This document shows, piece after piece, positions 25,864-35,134 of a stretch of DNA of 53,593 nucleotides. The stretch comes from a virus (lineage: Duplodnaviria; Caudoviricetes), in IMG/VR virus record IMGVR_UViG_3300006802_015709, positions 1 to 53,593 of that record; one strand, given 5' to 3'. The notes under the pieces were generated by a model. That model did no database searches and was not told the origin of the DNA. It was given only the letters and a program-made list of their open reading frames with translations. The translations under genes were made by a program, and so were the position numbers. Position 1 is the first letter of the stretch. Each line of letters starts with the position of its first letter.

Positions 25864-28538
25864 TGTACCAATCGATATACTACCAACGTAAGACCGGTAC
25901 AATTCATCTTTGGGATGATATTGAAGGCTACAAGAAAATAAAATATAAACCATATGCATATCGAAAAGCTCCATATGGACCGTATGTAGCATTAGATGGT
26001 ACTCAATTGGATAAAGTTACTCCTACTAGAGAAGATACCGATTTATATGAATCAGATGTAAGACCAGAAGTAAGAGTATTAATTGACCGATATACGGATT
26101 CAGATGAGTCTAGTGTCGGTCATCGTATTATGACTTTCGATATCGAGGTTGATATTGAAGGTGGTTATCCGGATATGGAGACGGCTGACAAGGCTGTTAC
26201 TTCTATAGCATATTATGATCATCAGATGGATATGCGTTATGTATTCATCTTAGATAAATTTCGAAAAGTAGAATCGCGCGAAGAATCTGGTTTTGAATTG
26301 TTATCTTGTCAGACTGAGGAAGAACTCCTAACTAAATTCTTATACAAATATCATGCAACTAAACCAACTATATTAACTGGTTGGAATATTGATGGGTTTG
26401 ATATTCCATATCTATATCGTAGATTAGCTCTAGTGTTAGGCAATACAATGGCTAATACGCTATCACCTATTAAAGAAGTAGTGTATGACGCTCATAATGA
26501 TTCTTATAATATTGCCGGTGTATCATCTTTGGATTACATGGCATTATATAAGAACTTTACATATTCAGAAGAGTCATCATATGCATTAGAAGCAATATCA
26601 CAAAAAGAATTAGGTAAAGGTAAGATTGAATATGATGGTGATTTGAATACCTTATTCACTACGGATATTCAAAAGTATATTGAGTATAACATGACTGACG
26701 TTGATTTGGTTGTTGAACTAGATCAGAAAATGAAGCTGATAGACCTTGCTATTAGCATTTGTCATAAAGGACATGTTCCATATGAAGATGTATATTATTC
26801 TACTAGATATCTAGATGGCGCGGCTTTAACTTATCTCAAGCGTAATAATATTGTAGCACCATCCAGAAAGCGAAGAGCTAAAATTCAAACAAAAGATTAC
26901 ATAGCTGGTTCGACTGAATTACATGTTAATACAATTCCAAAAGATACTCCACCATCAGGTCAAGTAAAAATACATACATCTAAAAGTGGTAGTGAGAAAG
27001 CAGAATATATTGATATAGATTTCAAGCGCAATGTGTTCATACTTAAAAAAGGTATCAATAAGCCTCTTAAGAGTGGATATGACGTTGCAATAGATTTGTT
27101 AGGGGCATTTGTTAAGTCACCTACTCCAGGTTTGTATAAGTGGGTATATGACCTGGATTTAACATCGCTATATCCATCTATTATCATGACATGCAATATC
27201 TCACCTGAAACTAAGATAGGTAAGATAGTTGGGTTTGATGGACATAAGTTTGTGCGTAATGAAGAGATGCATATGACTTTAATGCCTGGTAAGCATGGAT
27301 TTACTACTGCTACTCTTAAAGAATGGTTAACGGATAACAATTATAGTATTGCAGCAAATGGAGTTGTATACAATACAGATTCACCAGGCCTGATACCTGT
27401 TATTCTAGACAAATGGTTTAATGAACGTGTAGAATATAAAAACCTAAGAAAGAAGTATGAAAAAGAAGGTGATCCTGGAAAAGCTGAATATTACGATAGG
27501 CTACAGCTAGTTACTAAAATTATGCTTAACTCTTTCTATGGTGCATTAGGTAACGCTGGATTTAGATTCTATGATCCAGATAATACCATTGGTGTTACCA
27601 GTACTGGCCAGCAATTGATCAAGTTTACTGCTGATATTGGTAATAAGTATTATATAAATCAGTTAGGTAAAGAAAAAGATTATTGCATATATACAGATAC
27701 AGATTCAACTTTCTTTTCATCACTTCCTATTATTGAACACCGATATCCAGAGTTTGATATTAAAGATGAAGGCTGGATGGCTGAGAAGACTATTGAGGTT
27801 GCAGATGAAGTACAAGCGTTTATTAACAAGGCATATGATATTTATGCCAAGCGATTTCATAATGTAGATTCGCATCGATTTGATATCAAGCAGGAGAATG
27901 TTGCAAAAGCTGGTCTCTGGATTGCTAAGAAACGTTATGCTCAATGGATTATCAATGTAGAAGGTCATGCTGTATCAAAACTAGATGTGAAAGGATTGGA
28001 TGTTGTTCGATCATCATTTCCTCCGGCATTTAGAAGATTCATGGCTGAAGTGTTAGAAGATATGCTTAAGCTAACGGATAAAGAAGACGTTGATAAGAAA
28101 ATATTAGATTTCAAAGAGCATATTAAAACATTGCCATTGATTCAGGTAATGTTTCCTATAGGTGTAAAAGAGCTTAAGAAATGGGAGACTGGCCAGCTAT
28201 TTGGAAAGAGGCTTAATCGTACTCCTGTACATGTAAAGGCTGCTTTGAGTTATAATGACTTTTTGAAGTATCACAATAATACAGCTATACAACCTATTAT
28301 GGATGGTCAGAAGATCAAATGGACGTATCTTAAATCAAATTCATTTGGTATCAATGAATTAGCAATTAAAGGTTTTGAAGATTTGCCTGAAGCGGTAAAA
28401 CTAATAGAATCGCATATCGATTATGAAAAAATATTTAATAGAGCATTTGAAAATAAACTGAATGACTTCTATGATGCTTGTGGTTGGGGTACTATACCTC
28501 AAAATGCAGCATTAAATCAATTCTTTTCTTTTGGCTAA
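25863..28538 (+). CDS. Family B DNA polymerase (T4 gp43-like) with an insertion of about 70 aa
   Basis: Exonuclease FDIEV, GWNIDGFDIPY, YNMTDV; polymerase DLTSLYPSII, KIMLNSFYG, YTDTDS, KKRY. Confidence 0.95.
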   Translation: MYQSIYYQRKTGTIHLWDDIEGYKKIKYKPYAYRKAPYGPYVALDGTQLDKVTPTREDTDLYESDVRPEVRVLIDRYTDSDESSVGHRIMTFDIEVDIEGGYPDMETADKAVTSIAYYDHQMDMRYVFILDKFRKVESREESGFELLSCQTEEELLTKFLYKYHATKPTILTGWNIDGFDIPYLYRRLALVLGNTMANTLSPIKEVVYDAHNDSYNIAGVSSLDYMALYKNFTYSEESSYALEAISQKELGKGKIEYDGDLNTLFTTDIQKYIEYNMTDVDLVVELDQKMKLIDLAISICHKGHVPYEDVYYSTRYLDGAALTYLKRNNIVAPSRKRRAKIQTKDYIAGSTELHVNTIPKDTPPSGQVKIHTSKSGSEKAEYIDIDFKRNVFILKKGINKPLKSGYDVAIDLLGAFVKSPTPGLYKWVYDLDLTSLYPSIIMTCNISPETKIGKIVGFDGHKFVRNEEMHMTLMPGKHGFTTATLKEWLTDNNYSIAANGVVYNTDSPGLIPVILDKWFNERVEYKNLRKKYEKEGDPGKAEYYDRLQLVTKIMLNSFYGALGNAGFRFYDPDNTIGVTSTGQQLIKFTADIGNKYYINQLGKEKDYCIYTDTDSTFFSSLPIIEHRYPEFDIKDEGWMAEKTIEVADEVQAFINKAYDIYAKRFHNVDSHRFDIKQENVAKAGLWIAKKRYAQWIINVEGHAVSKLDVKGLDVVRSSFPPAFRRFMAEVLEDMLKLTDKEDVDKKILDFKEHIKTLPLIQVMFPIGVKELKKWETGQLFGKRLNRTPVHVKAALSYNDFLKYHNNTAIQPIMDGQKIKWTYLKSNSFGINELAIKGFEDLPEAVKLIESHIDYEKIFNRAFENKLNDFYDACGWGTIPQNAALNQFFSFG

Positions 28539-28567
28539 TTGAAATTAATTTCTTATATTACTAACAA

Positions 28568-28956
28568 ATTAATGGATGGTAGCCGTTCTTTGATGTTATA
28601 AAAAAGGAGAAAATATGGAAACATTATCATTTATAGTAGGTGCAGGTATGGTTGTGGGTATTCTTGCAGTTGTATTTGCGGTTAGATTTTATAAAGAGTT
28701 TCAAACATTAAAAGAACAATACCAAAATCATTTAGTGGATTATAATGACACTAGACGAAATATGTGGGAACAAATGGATAGAAATGCACGTGATGTTAGT
28801 AGCAGTATTGATGGCGTATATAACACTTTCCATCCTCAATTCGATGAAGTTTATAGACAAATGGATTCCCGCTTCGATAAATTCGAAAACAAAATCAGTA
28901 AAAAACAAGTATTAAACGACTAAAAAACTGATAAGAACGGCTATCAATCTATTAAT
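28568..28956 (+). repeat. Long-range inverted repeat (28568-28590 / 28933-28956) bracketing the ORF at 28615-28923
   Basis: ATTAATGGATGGTAGCCGTTCTT pairs with AAGAACGGCTATCAATCTATTAAT: 23 pairs including 2 G-U, plus one bulged A. Confidence 0.85.
28615..28923 (+). CDS. Small protein with N-terminal TM helix and coiled coil
   Basis: Residues ~5-23 hydrophobic; strong AAGGAG upstream; promoter at 28530-28559. Confidence 0.8.
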   Translation: METLSFIVGAGMVVGILAVVFAVRFYKEFQTLKEQYQNHLVDYNDTRRNMWEQMDRNARDVSSSIDGVYNTFHPQFDEVYRQMDSRFDKFENKISKKQVLND

Positions 28957-28970
28957 AAAAAAGTTACAAT

Positions 28971-29393
28971 ATGAAAGGAAAAAGCAATTGGTATGGAAGA
29001 GAATGCGAAGGTCGATATTCAGATATTGATACGGTATTCGTAAGGATAGATATTCCAGATAATTTTAAAGATTATCCTCATATCTATTTCACAATTGAAT
29101 ATATTAGAGAAGCAGTTAAGCGCAATTCATGGGATTCGATTTTAGCGATTCTTGAAACTCGTCAGATAGTTACTATTGAAGCAGATGCTGGTACTATTGA
29201 ACAAATTCCATTAGGAGTATTCAATCGAGTGCATATTATCTATAGAATTGTTGATCCACTAGCAATTCATCATCTCAAGAAAACAGATACAATTTCAATT
29301 GATACTGGCAGATATGCATCTATCCAATCTATGAAAGGTTGCATGCAGCATATCACTCCAGATGATTACAAATATGATAGGAATGAACAATGA
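28971..29393 (+). CDS. Hypothetical protein in the DNA-modification locus
   Basis: WYGRECEG...HIYF motifs; coupled to the downstream ORF. Confidence 0.7.
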   Translation: MKGKSNWYGRECEGRYSDIDTVFVRIDIPDNFKDYPHIYFTIEYIREAVKRNSWDSILAILETRQIVTIEADAGTIEQIPLGVFNRVHIIYRIVDPLAIHHLKKTDTISIDTGRYASIQSMKGCMQHITPDDYKYDRNEQ

Positions 29394-29560
29394 CGTATAG
29401 TTACAAGTGTCAAGGTAAATGTGGAGAGATAAAAGATCATCAACATGGTATGAATGAATCTCCTGTTTATAAATGTTGTGGAAAAGAAATGAAACGATAT
29501 TATGGTACGCCGCCATTAGGAATACATGGAGCTAACTCTGGTACTAGATCAGGAACATAA
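29390..29560 (+). CDS. FmdB-like zinc-ribbon protein (56 aa; not in the ORF track)
   Basis: MTYSYKCQGKCGE...HGMNE.P..KCCGKEMKRYY; ATGA overlap with the upstream gene. Confidence 0.75.
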   Translation: MTYSYKCQGKCGEIKDHQHGMNESPVYKCCGKEMKRYYGTPPLGIHGANSGTRSGT

Positions 29561-29573
29561 ATTAAACAGTAAT

Positions 29574-30754
29574 ATGAGTAGAAAGAAAAAAGTATGGTAT
29601 TTAGGACTTGAACCTCTTAAAGCAAGGTATACAGGTCAGTTGACAGAAGATTGGATGCCAGCAGCATTTGATCAATTTAAAAGTGATGTAGATTTTATAT
29701 CAGTCCCAGGTGATTATGACCCTGATCAGGAAATCAAAGTTGGCGCTGTATTAGATGCAGTTGGCCGTGGAGTATTTGCAATGAGCCAGGTAACTCGATT
29801 GCTTGACGCTATTCGATTCAATGATTTTCAGGATGGTGATATTGTATACATTCAAGATATGTGGCATCCAGGAGTTGAAGCATTGTTTTATGCTTGGGAC
29901 TTGTATGGATATAAAGATGTAAAAGTATATACAAGATGTTGGGCACAATCAGTTGATGAATATGATTTCACGTTTCCGATGAGAGAATGGATGCGTTATT
30001 ATGAATTAGGATTTGATAAATATCTAACTGGTATTTTCGTAGCAAGTACAATTCATAGAGATCAATTGAGAGAAGCAGGATTTACAGCACCTATTCATGT
30101 ATTAGGATTGCCAGTTCATTCTGAATCAGTTCGTAATACCGCTGGTAATACTAAAAAACAATTCAAAGACAATGTAGTAGTTATACTTCAAGATTTGATA
30201 AAGAAAAGAATCCATTCTTTATGATGGAGGTTGCTAAGCAGTTTCTAGAACAGAATCCTAATTGGGAATGGCATATAACTACATCAGGTAAGGAAATTCG
30301 AAGCATGATGCCTGGAACGGTAGAAGCATTACGAGAACTATCGACGGTAGAACCTAGATTTAAAATCTGTGAAGGTATTAGTAAGCAAGAGTATTATACT
30401 AAACTCAAGACATCTGAAATTCAATTCAATACTGCATTGCAAGATTATGTAGCATTTACAGCAGTTGAGGGTGATGTATTTGAAGCTGATTTGGTTTATC
30501 CTGATTTCAGATCTTTCAAAGAAACAGTAGATGCTAGCAGAAGATATGTTCCTTTCAAAGTCGATAGTGCTTTAGAGGTATTGAATAATGCTATCAAAAC
30601 AAAAAGACCAAATCATGGAATTGCAGAAGCATGTGATATTGGTATATTAACAGAGGCAATGATCGTTTCCAATGGAATTGATTATGAATTAAATGTTTGG
30701 CATGAAAAAGAGTTATGCCGACATCTATTAACAAGAAAAGGTATTAATGTATGA
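29574..30754 (+). pseudogene. GT-B glycosyltransferase split by a 1-nt frameshift near 30182 (ORFs 29574-30224 and 30221-30754)
   Basis: Frame 0 gives ...KDNVVV and the -1 frame continues YTSRFDKEKNPFFMME..., restoring a GT-B R.D.EK.P motif. May be a sequencing error. Confidence 0.7.
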
Positions 30755-31938
30755 GTAAAGAATTAATATACTATCCTTCATTATCAGCAGGAGGTAGTGC
30801 AGATGCTCTGAAAAAGAATAAGGAGGTTAAGCCTGGTTTAACTGCTAGATTCTATGACAAGTCATTTCCAGAGCGATGGCGGCATCCATATTTCCTAATT
30901 ACCGCCGGGCATCATTACAAGGATATGGAAGCCAGGCAGAAGTATGGCTGTGGTGATGATGTTCAGGTTATAGGAGATTCCGGGGGATTCCAATTGGTAA
31001 CAGGAGCTATCAAATGGTCACCAGAAATCAAAGAGAAGATCTTCCATTGGTTAGAAGCTAATTCAGATATTGCTGTTAATTTGGATATACCGCCTCGTAT
31101 TAAGTATGAAGGTAAGTTCCGTGAATGCCTGGATATCTCATATGAAAATTTCAAATATTTTGCAGAGAATCAATCAGGTAAGACTCAATTCTTAAATGTT
31201 ATTCAAGGTAACAATATTGCAGAATATGAGACCTGGTATAATCGAGTTAAGGATTTTGATTTCAATGGTTGGTGTATTGGTGGTGCTCAGAAACGTCTAT
31301 CGATGTTCTTTAGTGGACTAGCACCTTTACTTAAGCATCGAGAATTTGAAAATCCGCGTAACAAGTATGTACATGTATTAGGTATTTCCAAAATCTCAGA
31401 TTTCTTCCTACTTGCTTATTTTCAAAAGATGATAAATAAGTATTATGGTGGCAGGATTCAAATATCAACAGATTCATCCTCTCCAGGATTATATCCAGTA
31501 TACGGTACATATTTGCATTCTCCTCAATTAAGTAAGATGACGTTTACCGATCTGTATTTTCCAAAAGGAGAAAATCTACCCTATGAGCCAGGCACGCTAG
31601 TACCTAATCCATATGGACATCCGGTTGGTGAAGGCTTTACTTTTGATGAAGTTGCTAAATATGATGCAAATGTATATAACAAGATGACGCTTAATAATCT
31701 ATTTGTATATACAGAAACAGTTCGTCAGATTAAAGAGCTAGTAAACGCTCATGATGAGTTATTAGAAAAAGTAGTACCGCGTGATTTTTATCTTGTATTG
31801 AAGAGTATGGAAGAAATGTTCCAATCAGAAGATCCATATATGGTATATGAGAAGCATGTGAATCTATATAACAAGTTCGGTGGCCAGACTTTAACAATGG
31901 CTAACAATGAAACATTCAACAAATTCTTTGAAGTTTAA
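30751..31938 (+). CDS. dpdA: DpdA-like DNA 7-deazaguanine transglycosylase (TGT fold)
   Basis: GDSGGFQ, LDIPP, LNVIQG, GWCIGG, HVLG, STDSSSP motifs; same locus as queD/queE/folE. Confidence 0.8.
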   Translation: MSKELIYYPSLSAGGSADALKKNKEVKPGLTARFYDKSFPERWRHPYFLITAGHHYKDMEARQKYGCGDDVQVIGDSGGFQLVTGAIKWSPEIKEKIFHWLEANSDIAVNLDIPPRIKYEGKFRECLDISYENFKYFAENQSGKTQFLNVIQGNNIAEYETWYNRVKDFDFNGWCIGGAQKRLSMFFSGLAPLLKHREFENPRNKYVHVLGISKISDFFLLAYFQKMINKYYGGRIQISTDSSSPGLYPVYGTYLHSPQLSKMTFTDLYFPKGENLPYEPGTLVPNPYGHPVGEGFTFDEVAKYDANVYNKMTLNNLFVYTETVRQIKELVNAHDELLEKVVPRDFYLVLKSMEEMFQSEDPYMVYEKHVNLYNKFGGQTLTMANNETFNKFFEV

Positions 31939-31961
31939 CATTAATTTATTATAATAAGAGT

Positions 31962-32678
31962 ATGGAAAAGAAAAAACTAATATCGTTTATTGACAAGTAT
32001 CATCTTGCTGGTAATGCTAGTAGTGTCAAGCTAGTAGTTGCAGATAAAACATTATCATGTGATTTTATTACCGATGATCAGAATGTAGTAGGTAAAGTAA
32101 GTGCTACCGGATTTGATTTGCCAGATGGCGAATTAGGTGTATATGCAACTCCTCAACTAGTTAAAATGCTATCAGCATTGGATTCTGTTATTGATGCAGA
32201 TGTTAAGAAAGCTGATCAGACTGCATATAGCCTAGTGCTATCAGATTCTAGTACAGATGCAACTTTCATGTTAGCAGATCTAGCTGTTATCCGCGCAGTA
32301 CCATCAATGAAACAGGTACCAGACTTCACAGTGAAAATTAATCTGAATAAAGAGTTTACGGATAGATTTATCAAAGCTAAAAATGCAATTCCGGAATCTG
32401 TTAACTTTGCTGTTAATACTTCTAATAATGAGGCTCAGGTAATTGTTAACTATTCTAGTATGAAAACTAGTAGAATTGTGTTCAATGTAGATGCAACGAT
32501 AGATTCAGATGTATCAAATATTTGTTTCAATGCAAATCTATTCAAAGAGATTTTGACAGCTAATAAAGATGCTGAATCTGGTACATTGGAAGTATCAGGC
32601 GCTGGATTGGCTCGAGTTACTTTCAAAGGAACTGAATTTGAAAGCACGTATTACTTAGTACAAATGCAAGCATCCTAA
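31962..32678 (+). CDS. DNA polymerase sliding clamp (gp45/PCNA-like)
   Basis: 238 aa two-domain size, C-terminal G.L.VS..GLARVTF....STYYLV, adjacent to clamp loader genes. Confidence 0.7.
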   Translation: MEKKKLISFIDKYHLAGNASSVKLVVADKTLSCDFITDDQNVVGKVSATGFDLPDGELGVYATPQLVKMLSALDSVIDADVKKADQTAYSLVLSDSSTDATFMLADLAVIRAVPSMKQVPDFTVKINLNKEFTDRFIKAKNAIPESVNFAVNTSNNEAQVIVNYSSMKTSRIVFNVDATIDSDVSNICFNANLFKEILTANKDAESGTLEVSGAGLARVTFKGTEFESTYYLVQMQAS

Positions 32679-33109
32679 TGAAAGTACGTGTAAAAAAATT
32701 ATCAAAGAACGCTGTTATACCATCTTATGCTAAAGCAGGAGATGCCGGAATGGATTTCACTGCCATTGCAATGGAGGTAAACAAAGATTATATTGAATAC
32801 TTCACAGGTATTGCAGTAGAGATACCAGAAGGTCATGTAGGTTTGATTTTTCCTCGCAGTTCAATTAGCAAGACAAACCTGACACTATCAAATTCCGTAG
32901 GCGTTATTGATTCTGGCTATAGAGGAGAAATCAAATTTCGATTCCGATTCCCTGAGGGTATGCCATTCCCAATGGTTCGTAGATATTCAGAAGGAGATAG
33001 AATTGGTCAATTGATTATAATGCCATATCCTCAAATTGAAATGGAAGAAGTATCTGAATTAAGTGATACTGATAGAGGTGATGGTGGTTTTGGTTCATCT
33101 GGAAATTAA
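32678..33109 (+). CDS. dut: Trimeric dUTPase
   Basis: AGMD, PRSS, GVIDSGYRGEI, RIGQL, RGDGGFGSSG. Confidence 0.97.
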   Translation: MKVRVKKLSKNAVIPSYAKAGDAGMDFTAIAMEVNKDYIEYFTGIAVEIPEGHVGLIFPRSSISKTNLTLSNSVGVIDSGYRGEIKFRFRFPEGMPFPMVRRYSEGDRIGQLIIMPYPQIEMEEVSELSDTDRGDGGFGSSGN

Positions 33110-33115
33110 TATTAT

Positions 33116-34048
33116 ATGTTTGGAAATGTAGAAAATAGTCTATGGGTAGAGGCCGAAAGGCCTGCTACTCTAGACGGATATGTTGGAAATGAGCATATCG
33201 TAAGTAAAGTAAAAGTATATTTAGAATCAGGAGATGTACCTCATCTTCTATTATATGGTAGTGCAGGTACTGGTAAAACTACATTAGCTAAAATCATTGC
33301 TAATAATGTTGATGCCGATGTAATGTATCTAAATGCATCTGATGAGAACAATGTAGAAACGGTTAGAGAGAAAGTTAAAAACTTTGCTAGTACCATTGGA
33401 TTCCGTAGATGGAAGATTTGTATATTGGATGAGTCAGATTACTTAACGGCCAATGCTCAAGCAGCTCTTCGTAATCTAATGGAGACATTTTCCAAGACTA
33501 CGAGATTTATATTAACATGTAATTATGTTGAAAAGATCATCGATCCCATTCAATCTCGCTGCCAGGTATTTGGAATAGAGCCACCATCGAAATCGGAAGT
33601 AGCTAAGCGAGTAGTATCTATATTACAAAAGAGAAATATTACATTTGATAATAGTGATATAGTTACAGTTGTCAATAACGGTTATCCAGATATTCGTAGA
33701 ATACTTAATACATGCCAGAGTCATGTAGTTAATGATACATTGAAACTAGATAATCATAGTATCGTACAAGCCAACTACATGACTAAATTACTTGCAATAT
33801 TGCAAAGTGATCTAGATAAAAAAGAAAGTTTTAAACAAATTCGTCAATTGCTTGCGGATAGTAAAGTAAGAGATTTTACAGCACTATATCGCTTTCTTTT
33901 TGATGAAATTGATAATTACGCAAGTGGACATATTGCAAGTTGTATTTTGATACTTGCAGAAACACAAGCACAAGATGCTATGGTAGTAGATAAAGAATTA
34001 CATGTCATGGCTATGATGGTAAAATTACTAACAGAAATAAAAGGATAA
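33116..34048 (+). CDS. Clamp loader AAA+ subunit (gp44/RFC-like)
   Basis: WVE..RP, GSAGTGKTT, LNASDE, LDESD, QAALRN.ME, SRC. Confidence 0.93.
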   Translation: MFGNVENSLWVEAERPATLDGYVGNEHIVSKVKVYLESGDVPHLLLYGSAGTGKTTLAKIIANNVDADVMYLNASDENNVETVREKVKNFASTIGFRRWKICILDESDYLTANAQAALRNLMETFSKTTRFILTCNYVEKIIDPIQSRCQVFGIEPPSKSEVAKRVVSILQKRNITFDNSDIVTVVNNGYPDIRRILNTCQSHVVNDTLKLDNHSIVQANYMTKLLAILQSDLDKKESFKQIRQLLADSKVRDFTALYRFLFDEIDNYASGHIASCILILAETQAQDAMVVDKELHVMAMMVKLLTEIKG

Positions 34049-34049
34049 A

Positions 34050-34292
34050 ATGAGTAAAGTTCTAGGAATGGATGGTCAGCAACAAGACCCGACACAATTA
34101 CGCATTAATGCAAAAGATCTTAAAGATCTGACATGTGATGAATGTGGAAGTAAAGTATTTCGTGAGGCGACAATGTTTAAGCGGCTATCGGCTTTAGTAT
34201 CACCTACTGGTAAGGAACAGATTATACCTATTCCGGTTTTCAGATGTGATGAGTGTAACAATATCAATGATGAATTCTTGCCTAAGGGATAA
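34050..34292 (+). CDS. Small zinc-ribbon protein
   Basis: Two CxxC pairs (CDEC...CDEC). Confidence 0.75.
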   Translation: MSKVLGMDGQQQDPTQLRINAKDLKDLTCDECGSKVFREATMFKRLSALVSPTGKEQIIPIPVFRCDECNNINDEFLPKG

Positions 34293-34738
34293 TGACCGCG
34301 AAAAAACCAGCAACCATATTTGATCATCTTGCCAATTTAACTCATAAGAAAGTCTCATGGGATAAATTAAGCGAGGCAGATCAGAAGTCGTTTAGCCCGT
34401 ATTTGATAAACCGCTGGCTTTCTATGAATCCGGATTTTATTGAATTAGTTGATATGTTACAGCAATATACTATCGGTATATTAGATAAAAAGCAGGTATA
34501 TCAACTGTATTACGAGTTGTTACCTCGGCAAAAGACCTTTTCTAAGTATATCAAAGGAAAGAAAGAGAACAAGTATAATGCTGATCTCTTGAAGTTCATA
34601 TGTGAACGATTTTGGGTGAATAAAGATGAAGCAGCTGAATATTTAGAATTACTTCCAAAAGAGGAATTGATATCTGAATTAAAGCGCTACGGCAACGATG
34701 ACGGTACTATTAAAAAATTATTAAGGAAGCCAAAATGA
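34292..34738 (+). CDS. Clamp loader small subunit (gp62-like)
   Basis: FSPYLINRWLSM, F.KYIK, EAAEYL motifs and context. Confidence 0.7.
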   Translation: MTAKKPATIFDHLANLTHKKVSWDKLSEADQKSFSPYLINRWLSMNPDFIELVDMLQQYTIGILDKKQVYQLYYELLPRQKTFSKYIKGKKENKYNADLLKFICERFWVNKDEAAEYLELLPKEELISELKRYGNDDGTIKKLLRKPK

Positions 34739-35100
34739 CAAAAAATCAAGATGTGAAACCACAATCTATAAATTATATAGCAATTCTAGAGCGCGAATAT
34801 CCAACTATATTCGAAGGCTATAATCAGATCTTACATGAACAATTTGAATTATTTGCTAAAAAGCATCTCGATTACGGTATGGGAAATATTTCTCAGGGCA
34901 CTAATTTAGAAACAGCAGATGAAAAAGAATTTGCATTATCAGGATTGTTCTTCAGGTTAAATGATAAAGTAAACCGATGGAAGAATTTGCTAGTAAATAA
35001 ACGTGAAGCAAATAACGAATCATTGGTAGATACTTACCGAGATATCACAAATTATGGTATTATTGCTCAGCTAGTAGAACGCGGTCAATGGAAAAAGTAA
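34735..35100 (+). CDS. DUF1599 / nucleotide-modification-associated helical domain protein
   Basis: F.KKH.DYG..NI, RLNDKVNR, ES..DT..DI.NYGII. Confidence 0.75.
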   Translation: MTKNQDVKPQSINYIAILEREYPTIFEGYNQILHEQFELFAKKHLDYGMGNISQGTNLETADEKEFALSGLFFRLNDKVNRWKNLLVNKREANNESLVDTYRDITNYGIIAQLVERGQWKK

Positions 35101-35134
35101 TTTGTATATTGCAATAAATTTCTTATATTTAAGT

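Noticed and set aside
26880-27095. Intein in PolB
   Set aside because: No N-terminal Cys/Ser or C-terminal His-Asn, too short, and not at a conserved catalytic motif.
30150-30160. Programmed -1 frameshift at T-AAA-AAA-C in the glycosyltransferase
   Set aside because: Not an in-frame X-XXY-YYZ heptamer, and shifting there would replace the expected hydrophobic strand NVVV with QCSS. A 1-nt deletion near 30182 fits better.
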